Source: Mobula hypostoma (taxonomy: Eukaryota). From it: a DNA stretch of 64,000 nucleotides. The number at the start of each line of letters is the position of its first letter. The first letter of the stretch is position 1. Shown here one piece after another: positions 63,395 through 64,000 of this stretch. Position numbers and translations under genes: made by a program. The DNA is taken from positions 41,418,001-41,482,000 of the forward strand of contig NC_086097.1 in NCBI RefSeq assembly GCF_963921235.1. Reading direction: 5' to 3'. Below the pieces are notes generated by a model. That model saw nothing but the letters and a program-made list of their open reading frames with translations. It did not search any database and had not been told where the DNA came from.

Positions 63395-64000
63395 GTAAGA
63401 ACTGTCATGCAATAGTATTTCGCATTCTGAAAATTGCTGCAGAGAGCCATGAAAATTTGAATTGCTTGAGGTAATTTCTGCAATTGATTTTTGTTGCACA
63501 TAGCTTTAAATCATAGAAACTAACATTAATATTACATGCACATATAAAGCAATCCATTTCCATGTTGATTTTAGTGAGCTGAAATACTCCTTGATTCTAT
63601 GTGACTCTTCATAATAGGATCTTGATAGGTTTTCATAGTATGGCTTTCAATGAATTACTAAATATATATCCAGTCTCCTGTACCAGAGTCTTCTCAAGAC
63701 ATGCAATGATATCAAAAAGTCACCAGTTATAAATTGCAAACAAAGCAATGGACATCAAAACAATATGAGTTGAAAGCCAAGCTGTGCAGCATTCCAGTAC
63801 TAGAACCTTTTGTGAATACTCTCACCTGTTCGTGCTACATTCAATATATTTTACCAGAAAATGAATTGCATAGCATCGTGTTTATATGCTCAACCCACTC
63901 CAATGTTAATGAAAAATAAATCTTATGGAAAATGGGAATGTAGCTGTACAATTCCACACAGTTGATGGTCCTGACACCTTTGTCGACCTCTCTTTACTGG

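Noticed and set aside
63199..63474. 91-aa ORF as a standalone gene
   Set aside because: Only 63214-63394 resembles MDGA2 and is bounded by splice signals; the rest is intronic read-through.

Overview
Vertebrate genomic DNA, most likely a shark or ray (inferred from the HE1-like V-SINE, DeuSINE, CR1, Rex1/Babar and Penelope repertoire). The only host coding sequence I can support is one internal + strand exon at 63214-63394 encoding part of the FN3 domain of an MDGA-family protein, best matching MDGA2. The preceding ~63 kb appears to be a single transposon-filled intron. It holds a near full-length CR1 with nested insertions, a full-length antisense L1 carrying a hAT transposon and an RTE-derived element, and a well-preserved Penelope (RT + GIY-YIG) with a recognisable minimal hammerhead ribozyme. 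It also holds Penelope pseudo-LTR fold-backs, an L1 with a twin-priming-type 5' inversion, solo LTRs, a Gypsy remnant with a PNMA-like Gag N-terminus, a Tigger-like MITE and several SINEs. No prokaryotic systems, CRISPR arrays or true tRNA/rRNA genes were seen. All family assignments come from motif recognition by eye; no database search was run.
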